Source: Felis catus
Taxonomy: Eukaryota
Reading direction: 5' to 3'
DNA length: 64,000 nucleotides
Assembly: GCF_018350175.1 (NCBI RefSeq)
Contig: NC_058368.1
Coordinates: forward strand, 143,284,001-143,348,000
Each line of letters begins with the position of its first letter. The stretch's first letter is position 1. The translations under genes were made by a program, and so were the position numbers. Positions 34,888 through 47,059 of this stretch are shown here, in pieces. The notes below the pieces were generated by a model. That model searched no databases and had not been told where the DNA came from. It saw only the letters and a program-made list of their open reading frames with translations.

Positions 34888-35442
34888 ATTGTCCAATAAT
34901 ATAGCTAAGAGCTGCACATATGGCTAGTGATCCCTTGAAACAGGGGTAGTCTAAATTAAGATTTCTATAAGTATAAAATAGTTACACAGTTTCAAAGACT
35001 TAGTACTAAAAAAGAATGTAAAATATCTCATTACATAGTAATTTTAATATTAATTACACATTGAAATGATAACATTTTCATATATTGAATTAAATAAAAG
35101 TCATTATTAAAATTATTTTTGTCTGTTTCTTTTCTTTTTCTTTAATGTGGCTACAGCAAGTTTTACATTTTATTATTCTTTTTAATGTTTATTTATTTTT
35201 GAGAGAGAGAGTGAGAGACAGTGCAAGTGGGGGAGGGGCAGAGAGAGAGGGAGACACAGAATCCAAAGCAGGCTCCAGGCCCTGAGCTGTCATCACAGAC
35301 CCCAACGCGGGCCTTGAACCCACAAACCATAAGATGACCTGAGTTAAAGTCAGATGCTTAACCGACTGAGCCACTCAGGTGCCCCTACAGCAAGTTTTAA
35401 ATTACATACATGATTTGCATTATCTTTCTGCTGGATACACTA
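34888..35442. mobile_element. hAT/Charlie non-autonomous DNA element (MER33-like), split by a SINE
   Basis: TTTCAAAGACTTAGTA..AAAAAGAATGTAAAATATCTCATTA and TTTAATGTGGCTAC..AAATTACATA motifs. Confidence 0.75.
35166..35385 (-). mobile_element. Can-SINE
   Basis: TSD TACAGCAAGTTTTA at 35152-35165 and 35386-35399. Confidence 0.95.
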
Positions 35443-35472
35443 CAATAGAAGATCTCTCATTTTCCTTTTAGG

Positions 35473-35762
35473 TCAGAAGACAGCAAACTTTTTCTGCAAA
35501 TGGCCATATCATAAATATTTTGGGCCTTGGGGACCATATGGTCTCTGTTGCAACTACTTAATTCTGCCCTTGCAGCATTAAAGCAACCACAAACAATACA
35601 TATGAGTGTGGCTATGTTTTCAATACAAATTTACACATATATACAAATGGATGTATTTATACAATACATAGAGATGGATGTAGCTATGTTTCGTTAAAAC
35701 TGTAGTTACAAAATAGGCAATGGGCCAGATGTGGTCTACAAGCAAACTGTAGTTTGCTGCCT
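35473..35762 (-). mobile_element. MER58A-like hAT element
   Basis: GCAAACTTTTTCTG..AAATATTTT..CCATATGGTCTCTGTTGCAACTACT..GTAGTTTGC. Confidence 0.8.
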
Positions 35763-35824
35763 ACATTATATGAGTCTACTCATTCTTCATTGACTAAGAG
35801 GTTGTTATTATTTTAAAATATGAA

Positions 35825-36043
35825 GGGGCGCCTGGGTCGCGCAGTCGGTTAAGCGTCCGACTTCAGCCAGGTCACGATCTCGCGGTCCGGGAGTTCGAGC
35901 CCCGCGTCGGGCTCTGGGCTGATGGCCCAGAGCCTGGAGCCTGTTTCCGATTCTGTGTCTCTCTCTCTGCCCCTCCCCCGTTCATGCTCTGTCTCTCTCT
36001 GTCCCAAAAATAAATAAACGCTGAAAAAAAATTTTTTTTAAAT
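35825..36043 (+). mobile_element. Young Can-SINE (CpG-intact subfamily)
   Basis: GCGCAGTCGGTTAAGCGTCCGACTTCAGCCAGGTCACGATCTCGCGG with nearly all CpGs retained. Confidence 0.96.
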
Positions 36044-36824
36044 AAAATATGTAAAATAAGGACTCATCCTCTACCTTCAGTCTAGAGGAAGGGCCAGAAG
36101 CATGAACACACAGGCCATCATGATACAGTGTAAATAACACCATAATCAAGGGGGTGAGAGAAGGCTTTGCAGAGGGGAGCCACAGTTAAGAGGCCTGAAG
36201 GATGAGTCAGGAAGTATCCAGATTTAAACCATATAAATATGTCTGTGGAAACCTGATAAGACGCCTGAGGGGATGTGTGTGGGAGTGTGGGAATCCTACG
36301 GTACTGCCAGTGGGGAGGTTGAAAGAGGAAAGGGGTCAGATAATGAAATGCCTTTTGTACTACATTGAGGGCACACGTGGATGCTATGATAGGATATGTT
36401 AGATGGGAATTCTGAGGGTCAAACAGGCCACCCTGGGGACCGGCCCTGAGTGCAGCACCACCTGTGGAGGGCAGCCAGGCTGGCAGAGGTGAAGAGACCC
36501 TGGAGGAGCATAGAAGCAGCTGCAGAGATGATGAGCGGACAACCTCTGGGTAACTAGTTCAGTGTGTTTTGCATTAGAGGCTGAAAACCTAGCCCACCGT
36601 ACCACAATAGGGCCAAACAGCCTTAGCAGGTACTGTTGGCAGGCCTCAGGCAGGAGCACACAAGAAGGGGACAAGAAGTAAAGGAAAGGGAGGAAAGCAG
36701 TTGAAAGAAAAGGAGAGTGAGGTGAAAGCTGAGGTCTCTAAGGAGGTAATACATTGCTAATTGCCCTAAGAGACCCTTGGCGAGGCTGAGTTGGGCCTGA
36801 CAAGCTACGTCCAAAGATTCTTGG

Positions 36825-37203
36825 CCCAGGCTATGCACTAGAATCTCTTGCGCAGCTGGGATCTTTAAAAAAGTTTATTTACTTATTTTTGAGAGAGACA
36901 GAGAGATGCAAGGGAAGTGCAGAGAGAGAGGGAGAGAAAGAATCTCAAGCAGCATCTGCACTGTCAGTGCAGAGTCTGACGTGGTGCTTGATTACACAAA
37001 CCGTGAAATCATGACCCGAGCCTCAATCAAGAGTTAGGTGCTTAACCAACTGAGCCACATGTGCACCCCTGGAATTAAAACAAAAACATTACTGATACCC
37101 TGGCCCCACTCCCCCAAGATTCTGGTTTAATTGGAATCAGGGGCCTATCCATCAGCAACTTAAAAAGATGATTCCAGTGCATAGCGAGGGTTGAGAACTA
37201 CTG
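36825..37203. mobile_element. MER5-like hAT element split by a SINE
   Basis: GGCTATGCACTAGAATC at the left; GATTCTGGTTTAATTGG and GGGTTGAGAACTACTG at the right. Confidence 0.7.
36865..37068 (-). mobile_element. Can-SINE (diverged)
   Basis: TTTATTTACTTATTTTTGAGAGAG tail and recognisable body. Confidence 0.9.
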
Positions 37204-37419
37204 GTCTGGCTGATTGGAAGTTGAAGTGATGCCCTGTGACCGTTCAGCTGGTAAGCAGACGCTCAAGAGAAGCCAGGCAGAGCAAAACAAAGAATCTAAA
37301 CTCATTTTCGGTGCGCTGAAACGAGGCTAAGTTCCCCACCTATAAAATAAGACTCATATCTGTCCTTAGAATTGCGGCCATGGCTACATGGAATAATACA
37401 TTTAAAAATAGTCTAACTT

Positions 37420-37620
37420 GGGGCACCTGGGTGGCTCAGTGGGTTAAGCGTCCAACTCTTGATTTCGGCTCAGGTCACGATCTCACGGTTCGTGAGATCA
37501 AGCCCCGCATCAGGGTCTGCGCTGACAGCATAGAACCTGCTCGGGATTGTCTCTCCTTCTCTCTGTGCTCCTTCTCCACTCATGCTCTATCCACTCATCC
37601 ACTCTATCAAAATAAATAAA
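37420..37620 (+). mobile_element. Can-SINE
   Basis: GGGGCACCTGGGTGGCTCAG head, AATAAA tail. Confidence 0.92.
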
Positions 37621-38589
37621 CTTTGAACTCATTTTCATATGTGGGAAAACAATGGCAATTCCATGCCATACTAATCCACAAATATTTATAGTTGGTTAGT
37701 ACTGTTATTTACTGTGTATGAGATGTAGCAGCATGCGAGAAATCTCGGCCTTTATCTAAAATAACTAAAATCAGATGGGTTCACCAGGGGTTTTGGGTCC
37801 CAGGTTTTCTAGAGTACTCTTTTTTTTTGTGGAGTCATCCACTCTTAGGAACATGTCTTCTGATGCTCCAAATTGCCAGTCACTTTGGAAAGTGGAATAT
37901 TGCTATCAAGTGATCAATTCAAACTAGATCTATTTCCACTAGAATGGAAAACACATGAGGGCAAGTGTTGTCGTCTCCTTTATTCAGCTACATTCCCAGT
38001 AGCTGGGCCTAGTAGGGGCTCAATGAATGTTTGTTAAAAAGGTGAACGAATTGTTTAAAAACCCTTGTTACTTTAACATGTTGCCAAGGTGTTTGAGAAC
38101 AAGGAAGGAGACGTCTGATGTGAGTTTAAGAGTGAGTTTCTTTAAGAAGAACGTTGAAAAGAAGTGGAATTCTACCAAAGCTGTTTGAAATGAGTCAAGA
38201 GTACGTAGATGGAAAGTGTAGGTATAAAATCAGTTACAAGGCTGGGAGAAATTGGATCAAGTTAGTCAGCAGTTGTAGAATTGCCTGTTGACTAAAAGAG
38301 GATCATTTCAGGATTTTGATTCAGGTCTAGGTCATACTGAAACACTTTTTTCCCCCCTTCTTTTGCTCTAAGGACAAAAAGATGAAGTCTGGAGCAGGGA
38401 GAGTTGAAGCAATTGCTTTCTTTCTAAAAGTTGCAGGCAGTTATAGATAACTCGTGGTTTATAAACAGAGTAGAAACTACTTACTAAAATTCCTTTATGA
38501 AAAGTCGCTTTAAAGTCCCTTGGTTTTTGATCAAGATCAAAGGCATGCCTACAGACTTCTGATTATAAGAGAAGATTTATGGCAAATTT

Positions 38590-38883
38590 GCTTATTTATT
38601 TATTATTTTTTTTAAATAATACATTACATCAAACAGATTTTATTTTTTATTTCTAAAGTGTCATCCTGACACTTTAAATATATCTTTTAACATTTATTTA
38701 TTTATTTTTGAGAGAGATAGGGTGTGAGCAGATGAGGGGCAGAGAGAGAGACACAGAATCTGAAGCAGGCCCCAAGCTCTGAGCTGTCCACACAGCCTGA
38801 CGTGGGGCTCAAACTCACAAGCCGTGAGATCATGACCTGCGCCAAAGTCAGACGCTTAACTTACTGAGCCACCCAGGTGCCCT
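38590..38883 (-). mobile_element. Can-SINE with ~100-nt 3' extension
   Basis: TSD GATTTATGGCAAA(T/C)TT at 38574-38589 and 38884-38899 encloses the SINE body (about 38690-38883) and an extra segment. Confidence 0.9.
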
Positions 38884-39326
38884 GATTTATGGCAAACTTA
38901 ATCTGCACGGGCCAAAATAAACCTGAGTTAATTTAACCAGAGGATTATCGAGTAGGCTACTTAACTGTAATTATAACAAAGGCTAATGGGCAAGATTGTT
39001 GATTGTAGAAGGATATTAGATTTCCTTACATTGTTATAAATTGTGATAGCTTTCTAATGAAAACATCCATCATCATTAAGAAATTTTACATAATGCATTA
39101 TGCGTTTCAGTAATTAGGTTTTATGTGAAAAGGTATCACTGAGTGGTAGTTATTCACTCTGGTGAGAAGCCCTCCAATTGAGCTCATGGTTGAGTCATTA
39201 TTTCTCAACTGTTAACAGCTAACTAAATCTTAGGCCTTCTACCAAATGGTAATCCGGTCATGGGGTACTCATATCCAATCCCAGTACAACCAAATGGTGG
39301 CACCAGTAATAAAACACTGACTTCAG

Positions 39327-39437
39327 GGGGCACTTGGCTGGCTCTGTTGGTAGAGCACCCGATTCTTGATCTTGGGGTTGTTAAGTTTGAGCCCCATGTT
39401 GAATGTAGAGATTACTTAAAAATAAAATCTTGAAGAC
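39327..39437 (+). mobile_element. Short older carnivoran tRNA-derived SINE
   Basis: GGCTGGCTCTGTTGGTAGAGCA..GTAGAGATTACTTAAAAATAAA; degenerate TSD AAAACA.TG.CTTCAG. Confidence 0.85.
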
Positions 39438-40859
39438 AAAACATTGCCTTCAGTTCTGTATCTTAGTTAATTAAAGGAGACAGACAGACTCAGGGGCTGT
39501 GAGAAGAGGTGGGAGAACAAGATGGATAGGTAGGAGAGGGAGAAAGATTAACAGTAAAGAAATTGAAATGGAACTATCAATGGACAAGAACACCATGCTG
39601 AATAGATTCCTGTGCTCATGCACGTAGAAATCCCAGCAAGACAAGGAGAAGCACACTGAATGACAGACTTTAATGGAGTTTAGGGCTTATTAGTAAAGTC
39701 TTCTAAAATATTTTCCCTCCAACTATAGATATATATGGGAATAACAACATCTGAAACCCACAAAATGAGGTGATACACATAAATCAAGAGTAAATGTTTA
39801 TTCTTTCTGTCTTGGAATATACTCTTTAGGTATTAAAAAACCTTTCAAACCCTAAATTTTCTTTAAAGTAAAAAATTTCCAAGTGACTTTCAAGATTACA
39901 CATAACTTAGAAGATAGAAGAATATGTTCAAGTGTCTTGGTGGCCTTGAATGTCCAACGAAGAAAAGATTATAAGAAAGTTTTTTAAACCTTCCATGAGA
40001 TATATAGGAAACGAAAGAGAATAAAGTAAGGGAATATAAGTAATAAAGAGAGGACTCAAACTAAAATTGCACCTAAGTCTTTCTACGTCTACCCACACCT
40101 CCATCTGGAGAATCTTCCCTGCTCGCTTTTACTGACGTTCAGCCATGTTTTGTACCACATGACCCTCCTCCCCACTGCCCAGCCACAGATGGTGGTGCCC
40201 AAAGGTGGTATCTGGTCCAGGGATTGCCAGTTCGATGATTTGTCTGTGGCTAATAAAGTAAGTTCTATGACAGCAGACATCTTTATCTGTTCCTTCCAGT
40301 GCCTTTACCTCAGAATGTAGAAGGATGTCTAGCATATATTATATATTCCTTAAATATTTGATGAATGAATGTGGCTTGATGAGCTGTGTCACTTAGAATT
40401 CTCCCTTGTGGATCTGAAATTTGAGAAAAAAAGAGGAAGGTGTGGGGGCAAAATGTAAAAAAATGTTGGAAACTTGAATTGTAGCCAAAAGTCAAGCCCA
40501 AGTTATCAGGAAATCAAAAGCAAATGGAGTTGGGAGAGAACGAAGAGAAGAATGCAAAGATGTGACAAGAGGCCAAGAAGTGGCTCATGTGTATTCATAT
40601 CCCATGAGGCTTCCTGTGCTTAGAGCCCCTAAATATCACCTCAGTGTCTTAAAAACCACTCCCACCCCCATCTCATCCCTTGAGTTAGCTTGAGTAATTC
40701 TCTGTTCCTTCTAATTATACAAGATCTAACTTAAGCAATAATGTTGTATTTGATACAGTAATGATGTCCCAAAATAAGGTTATAAGAACTGCTTAACTGA
40801 TACTAAAAGAAGGATGCTAAACTGGCATACAGAAAGGATTAAAATTTGCAAAAATAGGC

Positions 40860-41055
40860 GGGGTGCCTGGGTGGCTCTTTCGATTAAGCTTCCAGTTCAG
40901 GTCATGATCTCACAGTTCATGAATTGGAGCCACCCATCAAGCTCTGTGTTGACAGCTCAGAGCCTAGAGCCTGCTTCAGATTCTGAGTCTCCCTCTCTCT
41001 CTACCCCTCCTCCTGCTCACAGTCTGTCTCTCCCGCTCAAAAAAAATTTTTTTTT
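40860..41055 (+). mobile_element. Can-SINE
   Basis: TSD AATTTGCAAAAATAG at 40843-40857 and 41056-41070. Confidence 0.93.
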
Positions 41056-41126
41056 AATTTGCAAAAATAGAAAAGTAAGATTTATAAAATGAAATCAGTC
41101 CAGGGCCTAAGAATATATGAAACTAT

Positions 41127-42130
41127 ACATTCATTCAACAAACATTAAGTTGTTGCATCCACACGACTCCTGAAACAGAATGCTACGGGCACCAGTGACT
41201 GCCACAACAAAGTTTATTACAATGAGAGACAAGGCAAACCGATCGATCGGGACGCTCTTGACCAGAGTGTGGTCCCGAACAGCCGGCGTACAGAGTTTTT
41301 ATAGCCGACCACAGCGTCTTATTATCCCCTGGGAACAGAGAACAAAGGAATAGTTCCCAGGTGGAAACAGTTCAAACAGGCCCTTGCCCCAATCCAATCA
41401 AGCGCTAATCCATCCCTTGATTGATAGGATAAGGCTATTATCTCTTAACCTATAGTGTTAAGGCTACAGGTTAGCCCTACCCTTACAAAGTGTTTAATTG
41501 GTGAAAGCATTGTGCTAGCCACTGGAGACAGCAACAGAAGACATGCTCAATTCTCTTTAGGAATCAACAGCCTAAAAAAGTGCAACAAATTTGAAAAAAA
41601 AAAAAAAAAGATCCAAACAAAGTCGAAAGGGAGCATGCAAAAGGGAGACATTTTGAACTAAGACATGAAACATCAGTAGAATTTTGCCAGCAATAAATGA
41701 GAAGATTCTGCAGAAATATTGTACCAAAGTTGCCCAGTGGGAGGAGGAAGTCATTTCAGGCAGGAGGAATAAGTGTGCAAATGCATGGAGACAGGAAAAA
41801 ACACAACCATGGAATTATTGTGAAGTACACGAAGGGAAACAGAAGATAAAGCTGAACAGGTAGGCAGCGCTAGATGGTGACGGAGTTGAGATTTCATTCC
41901 ACACATGACTAGAAGCCATAAAGAACACCAAGCACTAGAAAAAGCATGATTATATTTGCACATGAGAAATTTCACTCTGTGGTGAGGTGGTTTGAATGAA
42001 GCCCTAGGATAGTCAGGTGTGGGTTAAGTGGGTGGTGAGGTGGTGAACCTGAATGGTGCAGAGGAAGATCTGGATATGAGAGATTGGGGGTAAAACTATC
42101 AAGACTTAATAATGGACATAGACAAGATCG
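41127..42130 (-). mobile_element. L2 LINE remnant interrupted by the solo LTR
   Basis: CATTCATTCAACAAACATT left of the LTR continues as AGCATTGTGCTAGCCACTGGAGACA on the right; further degenerate L2-like sequence to about 42130. Confidence 0.65.
41151..41487 (-). mobile_element. Solo LTR of a class I (gamma-like) endogenous retrovirus
   Basis: Minus strand TGTAAGGG...CAACA; TATAAAAA at 41296-41303; AATAAA at 41213-41218; 4-bp TSD AAGT at 41147-41150 and 41488-41491; many CpGs. Confidence 0.88.
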
Positions 42131-43543
42131 ATAGGTTTGTATAGGCAAAAAAAAAAAAAAAAAAAAAAAAAGATGAAAAAGCAATCATTAACATTTGGAA
42201 ATAATTTTGGCAGTCTCTAAAAAGAATTTACACACTCTTACTTAAACATCAGAACAGCACTGTGAGAGAGTTACTGTTATGATCAAAACCCCATTTTATA
42301 GAAGTGTCTGAGAACTATAGTGGCTTGCTCAAGGTCACTTAGACTTCAAGAGGCGGAGCCAGAGCTAAAATGACTCCAATGCCATTCTTTCCCCCCTTCA
42401 CTGGGCTGTGTCTATGAAAATCAGGCGAACAGATAAGAGAGCACAGAAATAGCTTTCTCAAGGTAGCTCTACTGTTGAAAAGGCAACAACAACAAAAAGA
42501 CGAAATATTAAACTTCTGTCAAAGTATTTTTATAGAATTAAACTTATTTTTCATTTATTCATTAAAATGCCCAAAGAACCAAAGCATTCAGGACTCAGAT
42601 TTGATTCTTTTCCTTCATATATTGATTTTGTGTTTAAATTCAAAGGTAGGAGTCTTCATTTTTCTTATTTTCCTCTCTTTGAAGAAAAATGACATTTTAT
42701 AGTTTTGTGAGCAGGGTTATTTTTCTTGTCGCGATTTTATACCCTATTTCAAAAATAGCATGTGGTGTATTTCACAGAGCCCTGGTAGCCAGTTTCTGAT
42801 GATACTGCACTGAGTCTTTACGTAACACTGCTCTTCTAAGGTACACGATATTTTTACCAACATTCAACTCACTAATCTTTATGATGTCCTTGTCATTTCA
42901 AAAGGCATCACGAAATTTTTTCCTTCCTTGCAAATAGAGAAACTTGGTGTTAAAGTGGTTAAGTCTGTTCACGAGTGTCCAAAGTAGATCAATGCCATTG
43001 TCTTTTATATTCAAACCACTGGACACATCAGGCTCCAGCTGGAAAAAAAAAAAAAAAAGTATTGTTGCTTTTTAGATCCATGTTCACACTCACATAACCC
43101 GTTTCAATACATTCATTTGCCTACTATGGGTAAGGTCGCGTGTAAGTTATTTTGTTTAATCCTTAGGAATTCTCCAGTCTTTTACCTACCTAGGTAATGA
43201 TTAATAACATTAATCTAGTAGAAGAGAGATGAATTAATTGATTTTTTTTCCCAACTTGGGCAAAGAACTTTTTCCTCACTTTGTATTTAAAGTGAGTTGC
43301 ATTCACAGAAAGTAAGTGCAAAAATTATAAGTGTACAGCTCAAGGACATTATTATTAAAACCGAATATCAGTTCTTGTCAGTGAGAAAAATAACTTTTTA
43401 TTTGTGTATGTTTTCAAAAATGTTTGTAACTTCACAAAATGTTTCCTTTAATTTTCATACATTTTAATTACAATGCCTAAATTACATTAAGCAGGGAAGT
43501 TTTTGAGAGGCCCTAACAACCATTTTAAGCTGGGTTCTCTAGT

Positions 43544-43575
43544 TGCAAAGCTAGAAAGAACCACTAGGGGGCGAC
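43544..43575 (+). promoter_or_regulatory. CTCF binding motif
   Basis: CCACTAGGGGGCGAC at 43561-43575 matches the CTCF core with the CpG kept; TGCA upstream-motif-like element at 43544. Confidence 0.7.
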
Positions 43576-44149
43576 CAAAACTGTCATTTTCCAAAAGTAT
43601 TTTGAAATCACTGGATTGGAGTTTTAGACCTGGAAATGACCCAAAGGTCATTAAAGCCAAACTTCATATTTTATGGACGTGAAAACGGATTCCAAGTTAA
43701 ATGACCTGATTTCCCCAAGATCATATACCCATCTGTAAATAGAGGCAGCTTAGAAGTCAAGCTTTCCTGTCCCTGTCCAGCCACATTCTCCTTAATAGTA
43801 CTCAGACTTCAATTCTTTTCATCGTTTGGCAAACATTTACCATCACTTGGTAAACCATTTCATTGATTCTTCCACCCTCTTAGCTGTTGTTCCCTATCAG
43901 GAGAAACCTGGAGGCTTGTGTTAGGTTTTTTGGAGCTTCTCCCAGTGAGTTTGGTGATATGAAGTACATTTTGAAGCCAGAACTAGTGAGCAAAGCATGA
44001 TCTCTCCTGCTGTACCATTATTCAGCAAGAAAATCAGCATCATCATCAACATCCTTGAATATATGTTCTCTGAATACTGTGGTTTGGCATTGCTTTGATT
44101 TCTTAATCTATTTTGATAAATACTAAAGCTTTCTACTTTTAGATTTATA

Positions 44150-44720
44150 TTCTAGAGAAATTTGTGCACATTCCCCCAGATATGTGAATAAAAATGTTCA
44201 CAGTAGCACTGTTCATGAAGACACGAAAAATGGGAAACAGCCCAAATATCCATCAGTAGTAAAATGGATAACAAAATTGTGGTCTGTTCGTACACTGAAA
44301 TACTACAGGGTAGAAAAAATGAATGAATTACAACTTTACATACCAATGGATTAGATAAATCTTAAAAACATGTTGAACAAAAACACAAATCATACAAGCC
44401 TAGATATGTATACCATTTATATAAATTGAGAAGTAAGGCAAAATTAAACCATATATTGCTTAGAGACATACATATAAGTCAATTAATAAAGGTGAGGGAT
44501 GATTAACAAAGTTTTAACATATGGTTACCTATGGGGCAGACAGGGAGGGGGACATCATTGGGGACAGGTACAAAGGAAACTTCTAAGGTACTGGTAATGT
44601 TCTATTTCTTAAAATGAATGGTAGGTACATAATTATTCTTTTATTATTCTTCTTAAACTGCATACACACACACACACACACTCTTGTGAAGGTATGAAAT
44701 ATTCCACAGTAAGAAAGTTT
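44150..44720 (+). mobile_element. Old L1 (L1M-type) 3' region
   Basis: AATGTTCACAGTAGCACTGTTCAT, GGAAACAGCCCAAATATCCATCAGTAG and GGTAATGTTCTATTTCTT motifs. Confidence 0.8.
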
Positions 44721-44786
44721 AAACAAAAGAAAGCTAATATTTTCTAAATTAAGTTGGAAATTCTAAATTATGGTTACAAAGGTACA

Positions 44787-44814
44787 CTTTTTTTTTAAAT
44801 GTTTATGTATTTTT

Positions 44815-44861
<47 letters not shown>

Positions 44862-45028
44862 CATGAGCAGGGGAGGGGCAGAGAGAGAGGGAGACACGGA
44901 ATCTGAAGCAGGCTCCAGGCACTGAGCCGTCAGCACAGAGCCTGACATGCATCTCAAACTTAGAAACCATGAGACCATGACCTGAGTCAAAGTCGGATGT
45001 TTAACCGACTGAGCCACCCAGGTGCCCC
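44787..45028 (-). mobile_element. Can-SINE with long (GA)n
   Basis: TSD TACAAAGGTACA at 44775-44786 and 45029-45040. Confidence 0.95.
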
Positions 45029-46597
45029 TACAAAGGTACATCATAAAACTGTTTTCTTTTTCATTTAGAATTAAAGCTTGGTTTTAACTTATATCTCAGA
45101 ACATATTGAGAATTAAACATAGTACAAAATATTGCAATAAAGACCATGTTTTAAGAAATACACTTACACTAAGCATGGGTAGGCTAAATATGGCTAGGTC
45201 TGATGTTGTTGGATATAGCTATATTTATGTTGGGCCAACACATTTGAAAAACCAAACATCCTCTTTTCACTGATGTTTCCAGAAATATGACGTATCTGGT
45301 GAGCTTTACACTGAACACCAAACCAACCTGGTAAAATTTTTCCTTTTCCTTGTTTTAGGTGTGGTATTATAAAAGCTTAAGTTGTCAGAAAGAAGAGCAG
45401 ACATATTCTATTTCCCACTTTAATAGATCTTCAGCCATTTGGGTAACTGAAATTTGTTTTTGCTGAAATAAACATGGCCTTAACCATATGTGTATGTATT
45501 TTAGAAATGTTATAAGAAAACTCTTCCTACTACCACATGTGTATTTATTATTGTAGATTATTGTATTATATGAATGCCTGCTTATATTATTAAGCTCTGC
45601 AAAAGTAAAGACTTGACTGATGGACTGAGCAATTCTCTATGTCAGTTCTTAAGGGAAGAGGTAGATTACATGGGAAATCAGAACTGAGAGGGCAAAGGAG
45701 ATGTGGGGTGATAAACAAGGGAGCTGGATCTCTGTTCCTCTTGATGTAGAACTTGAATATTCTCGATACCTAGTCAGGGTCTCCACAGCTATATGATACA
45801 TGTGCACAAAGTGGAGAAAGGCACCACCTCCCTAAGTCTTCCTCAAGACATTTTACTTCCAACGATTATAAAACTATAATGTACTGACTGAATATGTAAC
45901 AAGGCACTTAGCTGCCGTTTGCCAGAAAGTAATTTTGATAAATATAAAAATATATGATGTCCATAATGTGAGTGGTACCTCCTTATATGTGATATCTTTC
46001 TGCAGTGCCCAACCCACATAGTTCTGTGTCTGGGATTGTACACGTCGGGTTGGGTGCTCGTCTATGGGATATACCATGATGAGGGCAGTTGGAAGCTAGA
46101 AGGAATCTAAGCAAAATTTCTTTTCCTAAGGCTTCGTGTGGTATAGGGAGATATCTTTGAGAAAGCCAACTCTACCTTGGATACACTTTGTTTTGATTTA
46201 TTCCTTTTTTAAAAAAAAATATCTTCTATAATTTACTCTTTGTTTTTTCTTCCACAATCCAGTTTGGTCTCAGCAAAGAGGAACAATTCCTTGTCAGCCA
46301 GCTAGAATGGTGGCAAAGTAATCAACCCGGAGTGGAACCTCAGGTAGGGGAGCAGGGATCCAGCTGCCATTCCTCACCAGGAAATTCGCCATGGTTCCAT
46401 ATTTGGAATTTCTAGATTTTGTTTCCTTACAGATGCTCCATGGGATTTCATGTTGCAAGGAACCAAGAATTGTGAGTTTTGAAGACAAGTAGAGGGGCAG
46501 AGTTCAGATACTTCAGATTTTAATAATAGCTAATAATAGTAACACTTGTTAAGCACTAATTATGAGCTATGCTAAAATGTTTTACATGATTTTGTAC

Positions 46598-46632
46598 TTT
46601 TTTATTTTTTTTAAGTTGGTTTAATATTTATT

Positions 46633-46675
<43 letters not shown>

Positions 46676-46822
46676 GGGAGAGGCAGATAATGGAATCTAA
46701 AGCAGGCTCCAGGCTCTGAGCTGTTAGCACAGAGCCCAAAGCAGGTCTCCAACACACGAACCATGGGATTATGACCTGAGCTCAAGTTGGACACTTAACC
46801 AACTGAACCACCCAGGAGCCCC
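46598..46822 (-). mobile_element. Can-SINE inside a minus-strand MIR
   Basis: T tail, (GA)n, head; MIR-like flanks at about 46520-46595 and 46825-46990. Confidence 0.9.
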
Positions 46823-47059
46823 TATGCTTATGCATTTTAATCTTTGCAACTACCATATGAAGTAGGTCTACTAATGGAGGAAAATGAAGCTTAGGAAATT
46901 TAAATAACTTTTCCCAGAATATACAGAAGTATCTGGTAGAGGTTAAATCAAACATAGGCCTGTCTGTGTGATTGTAGAGCCTAGATTTACCACTACCTAA
47001 TCTAAAATAGTCCTTAAAGACCTAATACTTTATCAAATGGACTGAGGCTGAGACAGATA

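Noticed and set aside
42147..42171. Long poly(A) runs (also near 41595, 43043 and 60475) as retro-insertions
   Set aside because: No flanking target-site duplication or upstream element body visible; treated as simple homopolymers.
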